Source: Actinomycetes bacterium
Lineage (GTDB): Bacteria > Actinomycetota > Coriobacteriia > Anaerosomatales > JAGXFU01
Assembly (NCBI GenBank): GCA_024637115.1
Contig: JAGXFU010000005.1
Coordinates: 1-64,000 of the forward strand
Length of the DNA: 64,000 nt
Direction of reading: 5' to 3'
In this document: one piece after another, positions 1 to 11,440 of the stretch
How the letters are laid out: each line of letters opens with the position of its first letter
Numbering within the stretch: the stretch's first letter is position 1
Position numbers and translations under genes: made by a program
Notes under the pieces: generated by a model
The model's input: only the letters and a program-made list of their open reading frames with translations
Database searches by the model: none
Told to the model about the DNA's origin: nothing

Positions 1-376
1 ACTCGCGCATTGCTTCATCCAAGACGATGGCAGTCGTGACTTCCGCCACGACGATGCCTCTCTCTTTCTCGGAGATAGCGCTGTATTCACGTGCAATGTC
101 ACCAAGAACGTCAACATGGCCCCGATCGACCGCGAGCGTCACTACTGCGAGAGCTTCCGGAGCAACCTGCTCACCAAAGATCTCCCGTAAGATGTCACGC
201 TTCTTCTCGGCGGGCACCTGTGTATCGGTGAGGGCTGTGCGCAAGTCGATATGACCCCGCACGGCCTCTACGACCGTTGCGAGCCCTGCGTCGACTGCGT
301 CAACCGCATCCGCCGTAGCGGCAAGGTCGAACAGGACCCGTGCATAGGTCCGTGCGATCTCGCTGCTAGTTGTCAT
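1..376 (-). CDS. atpH: F-type ATP synthase delta subunit (OSCP), 5' part; gene runs off the window start
   Basis: Minus-strand translation from ATG at 376 reads MTTSSEIARTYARVLFDLA..., a typical delta-subunit N-terminus. The start overlaps the atpF stop by 11 nt. The gene is last in the order atpB-atpE-atpF-atpH. Confidence 0.75.
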   Translation of the reverse strand, partial: MTTSSEIARTYARVLFDLAATADAVDAVDAGLATVVEAVRGHIDLRTALTDTQVPAEKKRDILREIFGEQVAPEALAVVTLAVDRGHVDVLGDIAREYSAISEKERGIVVAEVTTAIVLDEAMRE

Positions 377-944
377 TCAGGCCACCGGCCTCGGTGACGT
401 ACTTGTCGATGAGCGCGGCATGATCTGCAGCTGTAAGCTGCTGGCCGATGATCTTGCCAGCAACGGCAACAGAGAGATTAGCAACCTCCGCTTGCAACTC
501 GGCCATGGCGGCCTTCTTGTCGGCCTCCATCGCTTCGCGCGCCTTAACAATGATACCCGCCGCCTCTTCCCGCGCCTTGGCAATAATCTCGTCCTTCATT
601 GAGTCAGCGACCTTGCGGCCGGTCTCAATGACCTTGTTTGCCTCGCCACGAGCCTCTGCAAGCTGCTCTTTGTACTCCTCAAGCAAACGCTCCGCTTCGA
701 CCTTGGTCTGCTCGGCCTTCTCAAGGGATTCCCTGATGGCTTCGGAGCGCTTGTCGAGCATGCCGAGGATTGCCGGGAAGGCGAACTTCCACAGCAGAAC
801 GAACAAGATGATGAACGCGAGCCATGTAGGCCACACGGCTGCCGGGTTCGGGTAGACCGAACCCAGAGTCTGTGCGAGGCCCTCGCCGCCTTCAGCGGTC
901 GTCGCGGCTGCTTCACTCGCGAATGCATACTGGATGAACAACAC
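366..944 (-). CDS. atpF: F-type ATP synthase F0 subunit b
   Basis: 192 aa with a single N-terminal TM helix followed by a long charged coiled-coil (EAERLLEEYKEQLAEARGEA...). It lies between atpE and atpH. A GTG start is likely. Confidence 0.9.
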   Translation of the reverse strand: MLFIQYAFASEAAATTAEGGEGLAQTLGSVYPNPAAVWPTWLAFIILFVLLWKFAFPAILGMLDKRSEAIRESLEKAEQTKVEAERLLEEYKEQLAEARGEANKVIETGRKVADSMKDEIIAKAREEAAGIIVKAREAMEADKKAAMAELQAEVANLSVAVAGKIIGQQLTAADHAALIDKYVTEAGGLNDN

Positions 945-976
945 CTTCGGACCTCCGTCCTTCGATCGATCGCTGA

Positions 977-1255
<279 letters not shown>

Positions 1256-1309
1256 TCAGGTTTCCGAAACCGTCATTTCATGCCGGCAGTTGCCGACGTC
1301 ACACCGTGT

Positions 1310-2173
1310 CTAGTGCTCGGCCGCATGCACCGAGCTTTGAATGTAGACCGCCGTCAGAATCGTGAAGACGTAGGCCTGGATGAACGCAACGAATACCTCG
1401 AATGCGTACATGAGAACAAGGAACACAAGAGAGATGCCGCTGACCGCGATGCCGCCAACGCCCGTGCCGATGAACAACGCCACGAATGCGGAGAATACGC
1501 CGAGGATGATGTGTCCGGCGTACAGGTTGGCAAAGAGTCGAACGGCAAGCGTGAGCGGCCGGACCAGGAAGTACGAGATGAACTCGAGCAGGAAGATGAA
1601 TCCTCCGAGAACGATCCTGCCTGCGGGCGGCATCTGTCGAACGCCCTCGGGAATCAGGCTCTTGAGATAGCCGTACGCGCCATTCTTGCTGAATCCGACC
1701 CAGACGAACGCCAGCCAGCTCACGAGGGCGAGTGCCACGGTGCCGCCGATTGCGCCACCGATCGACTTGCCTGCGGGCAGAAGGCCGTAGACGTTCGACA
1801 CCAGGATGAAGAAGAAGAATGTGCCCAGAAGCGGCACGTACTTGGGGCCTTCCTTCGCGCCGATGACATCGATCGCCATGTCACGAATGAATTCAACACC
1901 CGCCTCGATCATACCTACGAAGCGACCTGCAGGTGCGAGCGCTGTGACGTCACCGGATTCGGCGGCCAAACGCATCTGCTTCTTCTCGCGATTAGCAACC
2001 ACGATGAACATCACCATGACCGTCACGAGCGCAACTATCCCCCACACGACGTAGTTGGTCAGCACCGTCGGACTCGTGACCGGACCTTCTGCGTGCATGT
2101 CGTTGTAGGGCAAGACCGAGAGCTCGTGAACGAGTTCTGCAATCTTCTCAGGGAGAAGCTCCAATGGGTTCAC
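1310..2173 (-). CDS. atpB: F-type ATP synthase F0 subunit a
   Basis: 287-aa polytopic membrane protein. The conserved R-containing helix (LAVRLFANLYAGH) is typical of subunit a. It sits upstream of atpE. Confidence 0.9.
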   Translation of the reverse strand: MNPLELLPEKIAELVHELSVLPYNDMHAEGPVTSPTVLTNYVVWGIVALVTVMVMFIVVANREKKQMRLAAESGDVTALAPAGRFVGMIEAGVEFIRDMAIDVIGAKEGPKYVPLLGTFFFFILVSNVYGLLPAGKSIGGAIGGTVALALVSWLAFVWVGFSKNGAYGYLKSLIPEGVRQMPPAGRIVLGGFIFLLEFISYFLVRPLTLAVRLFANLYAGHIILGVFSAFVALFIGTGVGGIAVSGISLVFLVLMYAFEVFVAFIQAYVFTILTAVYIQSSVHAAEH

Positions 2174-2181
2174 GCGTCTAT

Positions 2182-2586
2182 CTACCTCCCATCCCGGGAC
2201 CCGGCTACCGGCCGGGTATACCTGTGCAAACCGGCGTACCGCACAAGTTCAAACGTGTACATGACAAGAAAAGCACCAGCGAGAGCAATCCCAAAGAACG
2301 GGTACCCTGCGGGCGAAAACCGATGGTAGGCATAGAGCAACAGTGTGGCGACCAGAAGGCGGCCCATGAGCGCTGTCGTCACAAAGAGCAGTCCACGCGT
2401 GGGATCCTCCGTAGCGACATGCTCGAAACTGTTTCGGGAGGCGAGAAGGAGACCTGCGCCGAGTACGAGACCCAGCACGGCCGCTATCGCGGGCTGCGCA
2501 AGCAGCGCGCTGATACTATCGATGAGTGCGGTAGACAGCACGTACCCCTCTTGGAAGTAACTCATCGGTACATGTCCCGAGACCAT
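2182..2586 (-). CDS. Small hydrophobic membrane protein immediately upstream of atpB (AtpI/AtpZ-like ATP synthase protein I)
   Basis: 134 aa with 4 predicted TM segments. The position 5' of atpB is where atpI-like genes sit. No strong sequence signature. Confidence 0.45.
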   Translation of the reverse strand: MVSGHVPMSYFQEGYVLSTALIDSISALLAQPAIAAVLGLVLGAGLLLASRNSFEHVATEDPTRGLLFVTTALMGRLLVATLLLYAYHRFSPAGYPFFGIALAGAFLVMYTFELVRYAGLHRYTRPVAGSRDGR

Positions 2587-2729
2587 CCTGGGATATCCCG
2601 AACAAGGAAGGATTACGCGCCGGAGATGCTCGAATGAGCACCTGGTACGCTTCCGACCGGGGGGTCTCGGAAAGCGGCATTATCGTACACGAACCCTATG
2701 GATGCAGCAAGCGCAAACGGGGCTCGAAA

Positions 2730-3821
2730 TCAGGTTTCATCAGGGTTCTCGTCGCCGTGATGGTGGGCGGCCTCAAACAGACCGAGCCAGTACGCCATGA
2801 ATGCAGTGAGCAGACCCAGAACCGTGAATGTGATCAGGTTGATGATCGTAGGCGCGTATCTGATCGAATACGCTCCAACGGCGAGGACTGCCGACCAGAT
2901 ATAGATCAACACCACCGTTTGACGCTGATTGAACCCCTGCCTGAGCAGGCGATGATGTATGTGACCGCGATCCGCCTCCTGAATGGGTCGCTTATGCAAC
3001 AGTCTGCGTACGATCGCCGATGCCGTATCGAATATCGGAACCCCTACGATCATGAGGGGAACCGCCAATGCGACCGCTGCCACGGACTTCATCACTCCAA
3101 GCAACGAGATGGACGCGAGCGCGAAGCCCAGAAACATCGAGCCGGAGTCGCCCATGAATATGCTTGCGGGGTTGAAGTTGAAGCGGAGAAAGCCCAGACA
3201 GGCGCCAATGAGCGCTGCGGCAAGAATGGCCGACTCAAAATGATTGGGTCGTGCAGCCAATACAAGCAGACTCGTTCCGGCGATCGCGGAGACTCCCGCC
3301 GCGAGCCCGTCGAGTCCGTCAATGAGATTGATGACGTTGGTGAAACCAACGATATAGACAAGCGTGACAGGGATGCCCAGTAGTCCGAGAGCAATGAGTC
3401 CGCCGCCCGCGGGATTGCCGATGAAATCGATCCTGAGCCCCGAGGCGAGCACGATTGACGCCGCAGTCAGCTGGCCAATCAGTTTGGCTCCCGGCTGCAA
3501 GGAGACGACGTCGTCGAGCAGGCCGATGGCAAAGATGACGACCATCCCCGCCAGCACTCCAAGGAGGACCGGTCCTCCATCGATGAGCGCGGTCTGCCAG
3601 CCAAAGAAGCGTTCTCCCACCAGCTCGACTGCCAGCGCAGCCATGACCCCGAAGAAGATGGCGATGCCGCCCAATCGAGAGATCGGGACTTCGTGCACCT
3701 TGCGCCCGCCGGGTTGATCAACCAGCCCATACTTGAGACTCAGAGATCGCACGAGGGGTGTGAGCGCGACGGTCACCCCGGCCGCGACGGCAATAAGCGC
3801 AAGGTAGTGCCTGAGGCTCAC
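2730..3821 (-). CDS. wecA: UDP-GlcNAc:undecaprenyl-phosphate GlcNAc-1-phosphate transferase (WecA/Rfe, MraY-like glycosyltransferase family 4)
   Basis: 363-aa polytopic protein with DD and NxxNxxDGxDGL motifs ([15 protein letters not shown]) of the MraY/WecA family. rfe lies upstream of the atp operon in the mycobacterial gene order. Confidence 0.8.
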   Translation of the reverse strand: MSLRHYLALIAVAAGVTVALTPLVRSLSLKYGLVDQPGGRKVHEVPISRLGGIAIFFGVMAALAVELVGERFFGWQTALIDGGPVLLGVLAGMVVIFAIGLLDDVVSLQPGAKLIGQLTAASIVLASGLRIDFIGNPAGGGLIALGLLGIPVTLVYIVGFTNVINLIDGLDGLAAGVSAIAGTSLLVLAARPNHFESAILAAALIGACLGFLRFNFNPASIFMGDSGSMFLGFALASISLLGVMKSVAAVALAVPLMIVGVPIFDTASAIVRRLLHKRPIQEADRGHIHHRLLRQGFNQRQTVVLIYIWSAVLAVGAYSIRYAPTIINLITFTVLGLLTAFMAYWLGLFEAAHHHGDENPDET

Positions 3822-4273
3822 GACTCTCCCCCGAGCTCGCGCGGTTTGATGCCCGCTTCCTCGAGAAGCTCGAGCGACAACGGGTCGGGATATGCATCTC
3901 GGTACACGATATCGGTCACCCCGGCGTTGATGAGGATCTTTGCACAGAGCACGCAGGGTTGATGCGTGCAGTAGACGGTTGCCCCATTAATGGCAATACC
4001 GTGTTTTGCCGCCTGAATAACGGCATTCTGCTCGGCATGTATCCCGCGACACAGCTCATGGTGCGAACCGGACGGGATACTCCGCTGTTCCCGCAGGCAG
4101 CCAACATCTTCACAGTGCGCAAGTCCGGCCGGGACACCGTTGTAGCCGGTCGCCAGAATACGCTTGTCGAGTACGAGCACCGCGCCCGTGCTGCGTCTCA
4201 GGCACGTTGAACGCCCCGAGACTTCGCCGGCGATATCCATGAAGTACTGATCCCACGAGGGACGCGACATCAC
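3818..4273 (-). CDS. dCMP deaminase (cytidine/deoxycytidylate deaminase family, ComEB-like)
   Basis: Zinc-binding HAEQNA...[13 protein letters not shown] motifs in 151 aa. The stop overlaps the wecA start. Confidence 0.8.
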   Translation of the reverse strand: MMSRPSWDQYFMDIAGEVSGRSTCLRRSTGAVLVLDKRILATGYNGVPAGLAHCEDVGCLREQRSIPSGSHHELCRGIHAEQNAVIQAAKHGIAINGATVYCTHQPCVLCAKILINAGVTDIVYRDAYPDPLSLELLEEAGIKPRELGGES

Positions 4274-4318
4274 ATCGTCCTTAGATTGGTTGTCCAGGTC
4301 CGCCGAGGAGAACTGATG

Positions 4319-4963
4319 CTACTTAGTGCCAAACAAACGGTCGCCCGCATCTCCAAGACCCGGAACGATGTAGCCGTGATCATTGAGGTGACTGTCGACA
4401 GCCGCGGCGTAGATCCTCACGTCGCCAGCGCACTCGACGACCTCCTTGATTCCCTCAGGCGCCGCAATGAGAACGAGCAGACTGATGTTGCGGGCTCCGC
4501 GCTCACGGAGGAACTGGATCGCTGCCGAGGCTGATCCACCCGTCGCGAGCATCGGGTCGACGATGAGGATATCGCGCTCGCTGATGTCCTCGGGCAACTT
4601 GCAGTAGTACTCAACGGGCCTGAGCGTCTGAGGGTCGCGATAGAGCCCGATGTGACCAACGCGCGCTGCCGGTATGAGTTCGAGAATGCCCTCGACCATA
4701 CCCAGGCCAGCTCGAAGAATCGGAATGACTGCTACCTTCTTGCCGGCAAGCACATACGTGGTGGTCTCGATGATCGGAGTCTCCACGGTGCTCTCAGCAA
4801 GTTGAAAGCCTCGCGTTGCCTCGAACGCCATCAGCATCGCGAGTTCCTTCACCAGCTCGCGAAATTGCTTCGATCCCGTAGCCTTGTCGCGCAGAATCGA
4901 GAGCTTGTGCTGGATCAGCGGATGATCCATCACGGTCACGTTCGGATACTGCATATCAGCCAT
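4319..4963 (-). CDS. upp: Uracil phosphoribosyltransferase
   Basis: 214 aa with a PRPP-binding loop ([14 protein letters not shown]) and a UPRTase C-terminus ([16 protein letters not shown]). Confidence 0.9.
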   Translation of the reverse strand: MADMQYPNVTVMDHPLIQHKLSILRDKATGSKQFRELVKELAMLMAFEATRGFQLAESTVETPIIETTTYVLAGKKVAVIPILRAGLGMVEGILELIPAARVGHIGLYRDPQTLRPVEYYCKLPEDISERDILIVDPMLATGGSASAAIQFLRERGARNISLLVLIAAPEGIKEVVECAGDVRIYAAAVDSHLNDHGYIVPGLGDAGDRLFGTK

Positions 4964-5007
4964 CTCGTCCTCCTCGGCAGGTGCTTGGTCCAGGGTACTC
5001 TGACTCG

Positions 5008-6255
5008 CTACAGTTCGGGATAGAGCGGGTGCTCGTCGAGCATTGCCTGTACCTCGGCGCGAATGTCTGAGAGCCGCTCGGCGTCGTTGCGCTTGAAGAT
5101 CGCGTCGGCCATGAGGCAGCCGATGGTGTGAGCCTCTCCCTCGGTGAAACCGCGGGTGGTCATAGCCGCAGAACCAACACGGATACCGCTTGTGACAAAC
5201 GGGCTCTCCGGGTCGTTCGGGATCGAGTTCTTGTTGACGGTGAATCCGACCTCTTCAAGAAGCGCCTCGGCTTCCTTGCCGGTGATGCTCGCGGGACGCA
5301 GATCGACAAGCATCAAATGGTTGTCGGTGCCTCCGGACACGAGCCGCAGACCACATTCCACCATGGCGGCGCCCATTGCTTTCGCGTTGATGACGACCTG
5401 GTCGATGTAGGTCTTGAACTCCGGCTGCATCGCCTCCTTGAACGCGATGGCCTTGGCAGCGATCGCATGTTCGAGCGGACCACCCTGCAAGCCCGGGAAT
5501 ACCGCCTTGTCGATGGCAGCGGCGTGCTCCTGCGTTGACAAGATGAATCCGGCGCGCGGTCCACGCAATGTCTTGTGCGACGTGGAGGTCACCACATCGG
5601 CCCACGGCACCGGTGACGGGTGTGCGCCTGTCGCCACGAGACCGGCGATATGAGCCATGTCGACCATGAGCTTCGCATCGACCGCCTTGGCGATCGCCGA
5701 GAAACGCTCGAAGTCGATGATGCGCGGATACGCACTCGCACCAGCGATTATCATCTTTGGCTTGTGCTCTCTGGCGAGACGCTCAACCTCGTTGTAGTCG
5801 ATCATCTCGGTTTCCATGTCGAGACCGTAGGGCACGACGTTGAACCACTTGCCCGAGAAGTTGACGGTGGACCCGTGGGTCAGGTGACCCCCCATGGCGA
5901 GGTTCATGCCGAGGACGGTATCGCCGGGATTGAGAAACGCGTAGTAGACGGCCATATTCGCCTGCGCACCAGCATGGGGCTGGACGTTGGCATGTTCGGC
6001 GCCAAAGAGTTCCCGGGCCCGCTCGCGCGCAAGATCCTCGACCTTGTCGACCTGTTCGCAGCCACCGTAATAGCGCTTGCCAGGCAAACCCTCTGCGTAC
6101 TTGTTCGTGAGGACCGAGCCACCAGCTTCAAGCACTGCGGGAGAAACGAAGTTCTCACTCGCGATCAACTCGATGGTCCCGCGCTGCCGCGCGAGTTCAG
6201 CATCGATAAGTGCTGCGATTTCCGGATCCTGCGCCCTGATGAACTTCAATGACAT
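5008..6255 (-). CDS. glyA: Serine hydroxymethyltransferase
   Basis: 415 aa with the PLP-lysine motif [14 protein letters not shown] and a conserved SHMT N-terminus (ELIASENF). Confidence 0.95.
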   Translation of the reverse strand: MSLKFIRAQDPEIAALIDAELARQRGTIELIASENFVSPAVLEAGGSVLTNKYAEGLPGKRYYGGCEQVDKVEDLARERARELFGAEHANVQPHAGAQANMAVYYAFLNPGDTVLGMNLAMGGHLTHGSTVNFSGKWFNVVPYGLDMETEMIDYNEVERLAREHKPKMIIAGASAYPRIIDFERFSAIAKAVDAKLMVDMAHIAGLVATGAHPSPVPWADVVTSTSHKTLRGPRAGFILSTQEHAAAIDKAVFPGLQGGPLEHAIAAKAIAFKEAMQPEFKTYIDQVVINAKAMGAAMVECGLRLVSGGTDNHLMLVDLRPASITGKEAEALLEEVGFTVNKNSIPNDPESPFVTSGIRVGSAAMTTRGFTEGEAHTIGCLMADAIFKRNDAERLSDIRAEVQAMLDEHPLYPEL

Positions 6256-6276
6256 ACCCTTCTCGCTTCCCTGTCT

Positions 6277-6723
6277 CTATTCGCCTTCGTTTTCGAGCGC
6301 GGTGATCTTGTCGATGCGTCGCTGATGACGGCCGCCCTCAAACTCTGTGTCGAAAAAGGCGTCCAGAATCTCCCGGGCGAGCTGCAAGGGAATGTAGCGA
6401 CCCCCCAGGGTGATGACGTTGCCGTTGTTGTGCTGGCGGAACATCTTTGCCAGTTCCGGATCGGTGATCACCGAAGCTCTCACACCGGGAATCTTATTCG
6501 CGGCAATGGCAACACCGATACCCGATCCGCACACAAGTACGCCCAGATCGGAATCGCTTTCCGCTACGCCACGCGCGACCTTCTCCGCATAATCGGGGTA
6601 GTCAACCGAATCTTCACTTGAAGGGCCCACGTCCGAGACTTCAAAACCCCTCTGTTCGAAGTACGGCTTCAGAGCCTCTTTCATCTCGAAGCCCGCATGG
6701 TCGCTTCCAAGAAGAACGTGCAT
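6277..6723 (-). CDS. rpiB: Ribose-5-phosphate isomerase B
   Basis: 148-aa RpiB/LacAB family protein (LVCGSGIGVAIAANK). Confidence 0.9.
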   Translation of the reverse strand: MHVLLGSDHAGFEMKEALKPYFEQRGFEVSDVGPSSEDSVDYPDYAEKVARGVAESDSDLGVLVCGSGIGVAIAANKIPGVRASVITDPELAKMFRQHNNGNVITLGGRYIPLQLAREILDAFFDTEFEGGRHQRRIDKITALENEGE

Positions 6724-6815
6724 ACTCGCTCGATTCGATTCAGAGTGGCGAAACGTGATGCGGCGATGACTCCATGTGGAGCCACCGCCGATTGTATCAG
6801 TCGATGTCTAGCCGT

Positions 6816-7487
6816 CTATGCGCCGACGGCCGCTGCTTCCATGATTGCGGCCGAAGGAATGGCTCCTTCTCGTAAAATGACCGGCTCGGGCCCGGTGCAG
6901 TCAACGACTGTCGATGCCTGCTTGTGTTCAGTCTCTCCGCCATCGAGTACGACATCTGCTGCCGCGATAATCCGCTCCTCGACCTTTGCAAAGTCATCGG
7001 GAGCCGGCTGACCGCTCGTGTTGGCACTGGTCGCGATGATCGGGCCTCCCGACGCATGGATCAGCTCCATCACGACCTCGTGGTCGGGACTGCGAAGGGC
7101 AACGGTGTCATCCTCGGCACGGAACTCCTTGGTCACCCGCTCAGAAGCCTTCACCACAAGAGTAAGAGCGCCCGGCCAGAATGCTTTGGCCAGGCCATGC
7201 GCGTACTCCGGTACACCGACCCCGTACTTGTCGAGGAGCGCGTCATCATTCTCGACGAGCCAGGGCAGGGGCTTGTCGAGTGGTCGAACCTTGATATCGA
7301 ATATCTCGTGAGGGCCGATACACGAATCAGCAGACGCGCCGATTCCATAGACAGTTTCCGTCGGAAAAACAACAATCCCGCCGTCCCGAAGTACCTTGGC
7401 GGCGAGATTGATGACTTCCGCGGAGGGCTCCTCCGGGTCGATGTGGAACACCTTGCTCATGGTGACCGCCTCCATTTCGACATGCAC
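6816..7487 (-). CDS. sua5: L-threonylcarbamoyladenylate synthase (Sua5/YwlC/TsaC family)
   Basis: YrdC-domain motifs (VVFPTETVYGIGA, SANTSGQP). The ORF begins at 7487; the exact start is not resolved. Sits next to prmC/prfA as in Firmicutes and Actinobacteria. Confidence 0.85.
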   Translation of the reverse strand: MHVEMEAVTMSKVFHIDPEEPSAEVINLAAKVLRDGGIVVFPTETVYGIGASADSCIGPHEIFDIKVRPLDKPLPWLVENDDALLDKYGVGVPEYAHGLAKAFWPGALTLVVKASERVTKEFRAEDDTVALRSPDHEVVMELIHASGGPIIATSANTSGQPAPDDFAKVEERIIAAADVVLDGGETEHKQASTVVDCTGPEPVILREGAIPSAAIMEAAAVGA

Positions 7488-7506
7488 TGCCCTTGTGCCA
7501 CGAATC

Positions 7507-8388
7507 TTATCGTCGCGTTCCCATCACAATTCGCTTGCGACCGACGAGATCCGAAACACTCCTAACACCTTCATACCACTGTCCGAGCTCCTTTACAGCA
7601 CTCTCCACACGACCTTCATCAAGTTCCATCGCAATTAATCCTCCGGGGACAAGCCATTCCAGAGCTTCTGCGCCGATTCTTCGCGCCACATCCAGACCAT
7701 CGGGTCCCCCGTCGAGCGCAAGATGTGGCTCGAATCCGAGCACATCAACGGGCAGTTCAGGTACATCATCCGATGGTATGTACGGAGGATTGGACAGCAC
7801 CACATCAACCCTGCCGAGGAGGTCCGGATGAGAACTGCGGATGGGTTCCAACAGATCTCCCTCAAGAATCTCAAATCTCTCGTCGAGTCCAAGGCGAATC
7901 GCATTGTCACGCGCGACTGCGGCAGCTTCAGACGAAAGTTCAGTCGCAATGACCCGTGCGGCTGGCAGTTCGTGAGCCATCGAGAGCCCCACCGCCCCTG
8001 AACCGGTACAGAGATCGACAATGAGCGGGTCCGTGCCGGAGCGACTCCCTAGGTGGTCCAGCGCCACATCCACGAGGACCTCCGTCTCCGGACGCGGGAT
8101 GAACACACCCGGACGTACCTGCAGCACAAGGTGTCGAAACGGCATCTCCCCGGTCACGTACTGCAGGGGTTCCCCAGCGGCTCGACGCTTGACTCCCCCT
8201 CGGAAGGTGGCCCGCTCATCGGCACTCAACGGGCGATCGAACTGTGTGTAGAGCTCTACTCTTGAAAGGTTCGTCGCGGCCGAGAGCAACCATTCCGCCG
8301 AGAGTCTTGGTTGATCAATCCGCTTGCCCCCGAGATAATCCATGGTCCACTCAAGTGCATCTCGCACCGTCCACACGCGATCAGTCAC
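7507..8388 (-). CDS. prmC: Release-factor glutamine N5-methyltransferase (HemK/PrmC)
   Basis: 293 aa with an NPPY motif (VVLSNPPYIP) and a SAM-binding DLCTGSGAVG. Immediately downstream of prfA. Confidence 0.9.
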   Translation of the reverse strand: MTDRVWTVRDALEWTMDYLGGKRIDQPRLSAEWLLSAATNLSRVELYTQFDRPLSADERATFRGGVKRRAAGEPLQYVTGEMPFRHLVLQVRPGVFIPRPETEVLVDVALDHLGSRSGTDPLIVDLCTGSGAVGLSMAHELPAARVIATELSSEAAAVARDNAIRLGLDERFEILEGDLLEPIRSSHPDLLGRVDVVLSNPPYIPSDDVPELPVDVLGFEPHLALDGGPDGLDVARRIGAEALEWLVPGGLIAMELDEGRVESAVKELGQWYEGVRSVSDLVGRKRIVMGTRR

Positions 8389-9456
8389 TCACACCACCTG
8401 CGAGAGCTTCTCGGCGCGGTCAGCAGCCGCAAGACCTTCCATGAGTTCGTCGATCTGACCCTGAAGGATCGCGGGGATATTGTGGATACTCAAACCGATC
8501 CGATGATCAGTCACCCGGTCCTGCGGGAAGTTGTACGTTCGGATCTTCTCGGAACGATCGCCCGAACCGATCTGACTCCGGCGCTCGGCGCCCAACTCGG
8601 CCTGCTGCCTCTCGAGTTCGAGATCGTAGAGCCGCGCCCTGAGGACGCGCATGGCGTTCTCCTTGTTCTGAAGCTGCGACTTCTGGTTCTGCGATTGGAC
8701 AACAAGTCCTGTTGGCAGATGCGTGATTCGAACCGCGGAGTCTGTCGTGTTAACCGATTGGCCACCGGGCCCGCTTGAGCGGTATACATCGACACGCAGG
8801 TCCATCTGCTTGATCTCGATCTCAACATCCTCAGCTTCGGGCAGAACCGCCACCGTCGCGGTCGACGTATGGATCCTGCCACCGGACTCCGTGCTCGGGA
8901 TGCGCTGGACTCGATGAACGCCGGACTCGAACTTCATCTTCGAATAGACATTCCGGCCCTTGATCATGAATGACACTTCCTTGAAGCCGCCGACTTCGTT
9001 CCCATTTGCGTCGATGACTTCAATCTTCCAGCGCTGCGCCTCGGCATACCGGGTGTACATGCGGTAGAGGTCGCCTGCGAACAAGCCGGCCTCATCACCC
9101 CCGGCGCCCGCGCGTATCTCCACGATGACGTTCTTGTCATCGTTGGGATCCTTGGGAAGCATCATGACTTTCAGTTCCTCTTCGAGAGGTTCCACAAGCG
9201 CCTCGAGCTCGTGGAGTTCCTCTTTCGCAAGCTCCTTCATCTCGGAGTCACTTTCGGTCTTCATGATCTCCCGGGCATCGCCGATGCCGTCGAGTACATC
9301 GAGATACTCCGTGATCTTGGCAACCAGCGCTGACATGCTCGCATGCCGCTTCGCAAGCCTGGTGTAGCGCTTCTGGTCGCCGATGATCTCGGGGTCCCCG
9401 AGCTTATCTGTGAGCTCGCCGTAGGAAGCGAGAATCTGTTCGAGTTTCGCACGCAT
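8389..9456 (-). CDS. prfA: Peptide chain release factor 1
   Basis: 355 aa with a GGQ motif (SGPGGQSVN) and a PxT-type recognition region (RIPSTES...). Confidence 0.95.
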   Translation of the reverse strand: MRAKLEQILASYGELTDKLGDPEIIGDQKRYTRLAKRHASMSALVAKITEYLDVLDGIGDAREIMKTESDSEMKELAKEELHELEALVEPLEEELKVMMLPKDPNDDKNVIVEIRAGAGGDEAGLFAGDLYRMYTRYAEAQRWKIEVIDANGNEVGGFKEVSFMIKGRNVYSKMKFESGVHRVQRIPSTESGGRIHTSTATVAVLPEAEDVEIEIKQMDLRVDVYRSSGPGGQSVNTTDSAVRITHLPTGLVVQSQNQKSQLQNKENAMRVLRARLYDLELERQQAELGAERRSQIGSGDRSEKIRTYNFPQDRVTDHRIGLSIHNIPAILQGQIDELMEGLAAADRAEKLSQVV

Positions 9457-9619
9457 GGTGTATCAGGTTCCCCTCACTGGATTCATATCGCGGCCCAAAC
9501 CCGTCTCTCGGACGAGCCGATACGCCTGATGCATTCTAGCATCGGGGCACTCAGCCTGAGCACAGAACTCAGATGCTTTCATGCGCTGACTCCAAGCCAA
9601 GGTCGAGCTGAGAGCCGCT

Positions 9620-10618
9620 TCAGCTCACGTCTGCGGGGACCTCACTCGTCACGGGATCGACGCCCACTCCACCTGCTGCCTCGCGCTCTTCGCGCGCGAT
9701 GATCGGCTGCATGGCGGCAACGGCTACTTCGATCATCGAGTCTTCCGGCTCGTTTGTCGTCATCTTCTGCAGCATCAGGCCCGGCCACAGAAGAATCTTG
9801 ACGAGGGGCTTGTCAGGCTGCTTGCCCGCCCACTTGATCACCTCGTACGCAAGTCCGGCGATCAGCGGAAGAAGCACTATCCGCATAGAGATTGCCACAG
9901 CAAGAGTGGGCCATCCTGAGCCAAGTCCCCATGCCGCGACAAGCGCCTTGATGGGTACAAGGGAGAACACGACGAGAGCGATCACCATCACCATCAACAG
10001 AAACGAGGTCCCGCACCGTACGTGCATGGTCTCATAGGGCTGAATGGTCTCTACCTCGAGCGGAAGCCCGTGCTCGTATGCATGAATCGTCTTGTGCTCG
10101 GCACCGTGATACGCGAAGACGCGCTTGATGTCCTCTATGCGTCCGACGGCCCAGATGTAGGTGAAAAACGCCAAAAGACGCAAGATGCCGTCGAGCAGGT
10201 TCCAGGTAAATGGCTTCTCGGCAGCTGACCCGACAGCCAGGTTCGTGAGAACCGCAGGCAGGATGATGAACAGGCCGACAGCCAGGCCAACCCCAAGAAC
10301 CATCGAGAAGCCGATCTCCTTGGCGGATAGTTGCTCTTCTTCGGTCTCCCCGGCCATCGATGCCGAAATCTCGAAGGCCTTGAACGCGAGTGCCATGGTC
10401 TCGTAGAGACCCACAACGCCGCGGATCACAGGCTTGCCGAGCCACGGATACTTCGAGACTGCCGTCTTTAGATCATGCTCCTCGACGTGGATCTCGCCGC
10501 CCGGCGTGCGAACGGCAACGGCCCAATTGTGCTTGCCGCGCATCATGATGCCCTCGAGCACGGCCTGGCCGCCGATATGCGTGTGCTTGATGGTCGTCAC
10601 GCCATTAGTGTCCGGCAC
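9620..10618 (-). CDS. DUF1385 (YqhQ-like) integral membrane protein
   Basis: 332 aa. Conserved core IGGQAVLEGIMMRG...YHGAEHKTIHAYEHG is typical of the DUF1385 family. Multiple TM helices. Confidence 0.65.
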   Translation of the reverse strand: MPDTNGVTTIKHTHIGGQAVLEGIMMRGKHNWAVAVRTPGGEIHVEEHDLKTAVSKYPWLGKPVIRGVVGLYETMALAFKAFEISASMAGETEEEQLSAKEIGFSMVLGVGLAVGLFIILPAVLTNLAVGSAAEKPFTWNLLDGILRLLAFFTYIWAVGRIEDIKRVFAYHGAEHKTIHAYEHGLPLEVETIQPYETMHVRCGTSFLLMVMVIALVVFSLVPIKALVAAWGLGSGWPTLAVAISMRIVLLPLIAGLAYEVIKWAGKQPDKPLVKILLWPGLMLQKMTTNEPEDSMIEVAVAAMQPIIAREEREAAGGVGVDPVTSEVPADVS

Positions 10619-10624
10619 GTATTC

Positions 10625-11308
10625 TCAGTCTCTCTTAGGGGCGCGCGGATACGGATCTCCACACGTCAACTTGCCTTCACGGCACGGTCCTCGACGACAC
10701 GACGCCCCCGCATCCAAGAGGATGTAGGGAGCGGTGGGTAGAGCAAGGTCGAGCATACTGCTGGCAACGTCGCGAATCTCCCATTGGGCTCGCTTGCAGC
10801 ACCTGAGCTCAAAGAAGTGCAACAACTCACGCATGTTCATGGTGACGACGATCTTGGTCTCCATGGCATTAGGAAGCAGGTAGCGCGCGTCCTCGGGAGC
10901 CACCCCAGCATCAATCGCTTCGCGATAGCTCAGGAAGGCGGATCCACACGCGGCAAGATACGCATCGCGGCCAGTGGGATCCTCATCGAGCGCCGGCGGC
11001 ACAATGAACGACGGGTTGTCGGTATAGCTCACATAGCGCTGCGACTGCTGGTTATAGCTCGCGAGTCGATGTCGAACGAGCTGGTGCGTCATGGCTCGCG
11101 AAACCCCATCGATAGCGAACGTGTAGCTTACATGCTCCAAAGCGGAGAAATGCCCGCTCGTCATAATGATGCGAAGCACGCGACGGATGTCATCATCCGC
11201 CATTTCTTCCATCAACTCGGCGGCTCCGATAGGCGCGTAGCACAGGCGCGCTGCCACCGCGATCGCTCTCTCGGGCTCCGGCGTGTGAAAGAGAAGGCGT
11301 ACATCCAT
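10625..11308 (-). CDS. thyX: Flavin-dependent thymidylate synthase ThyX
   Basis: ThyX signature RHRLASYNQQSQRY (RHRx7S) in 227 aa. Has an extra Cys-rich C-terminal tail. Confidence 0.9.
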   Translation of the reverse strand: MDVRLLFHTPEPERAIAVAARLCYAPIGAAELMEEMADDDIRRVLRIIMTSGHFSALEHVSYTFAIDGVSRAMTHQLVRHRLASYNQQSQRYVSYTDNPSFIVPPALDEDPTGRDAYLAACGSAFLSYREAIDAGVAPEDARYLLPNAMETKIVVTMNMRELLHFFELRCCKRAQWEIRDVASSMLDLALPTAPYILLDAGASCRRGPCREGKLTCGDPYPRAPKRD

Positions 11309-11377
11309 GAGGGTCGCTTAGTCCTTCGTGATCATGGCGGACATCCGCCGGGTCAGATCCGCACCAACAATGCAACT

Positions 11378-11407
11378 CGGGGAGGCGCCTCTAGAGGAGC
11401 CTCCCCG
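11378..11407 (-). terminator. GC-rich hairpin (9-bp stem CGGGGAGGC/GCCTCCCCG) about 35 nt downstream of the rpmE stop
   Basis: Near-perfect inverted repeat read directly from the sequence. The trailing U-tract on the minus strand is weak. Confidence 0.35.
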
Positions 11408-11440
11408 ATTCTAGCAGTGCGTGGACTCGCCAGGTGCGTG

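Noticed and set aside
9457-9619. Short inverted repeat AGCTGAGAGCCGCTTCAGCT at the 3' end of the DUF1385 gene as a terminator
   Set aside because: The stem is only 6 bp and AT-poor flanks give no U-tract. It overlaps the coding end. Likely fortuitous.
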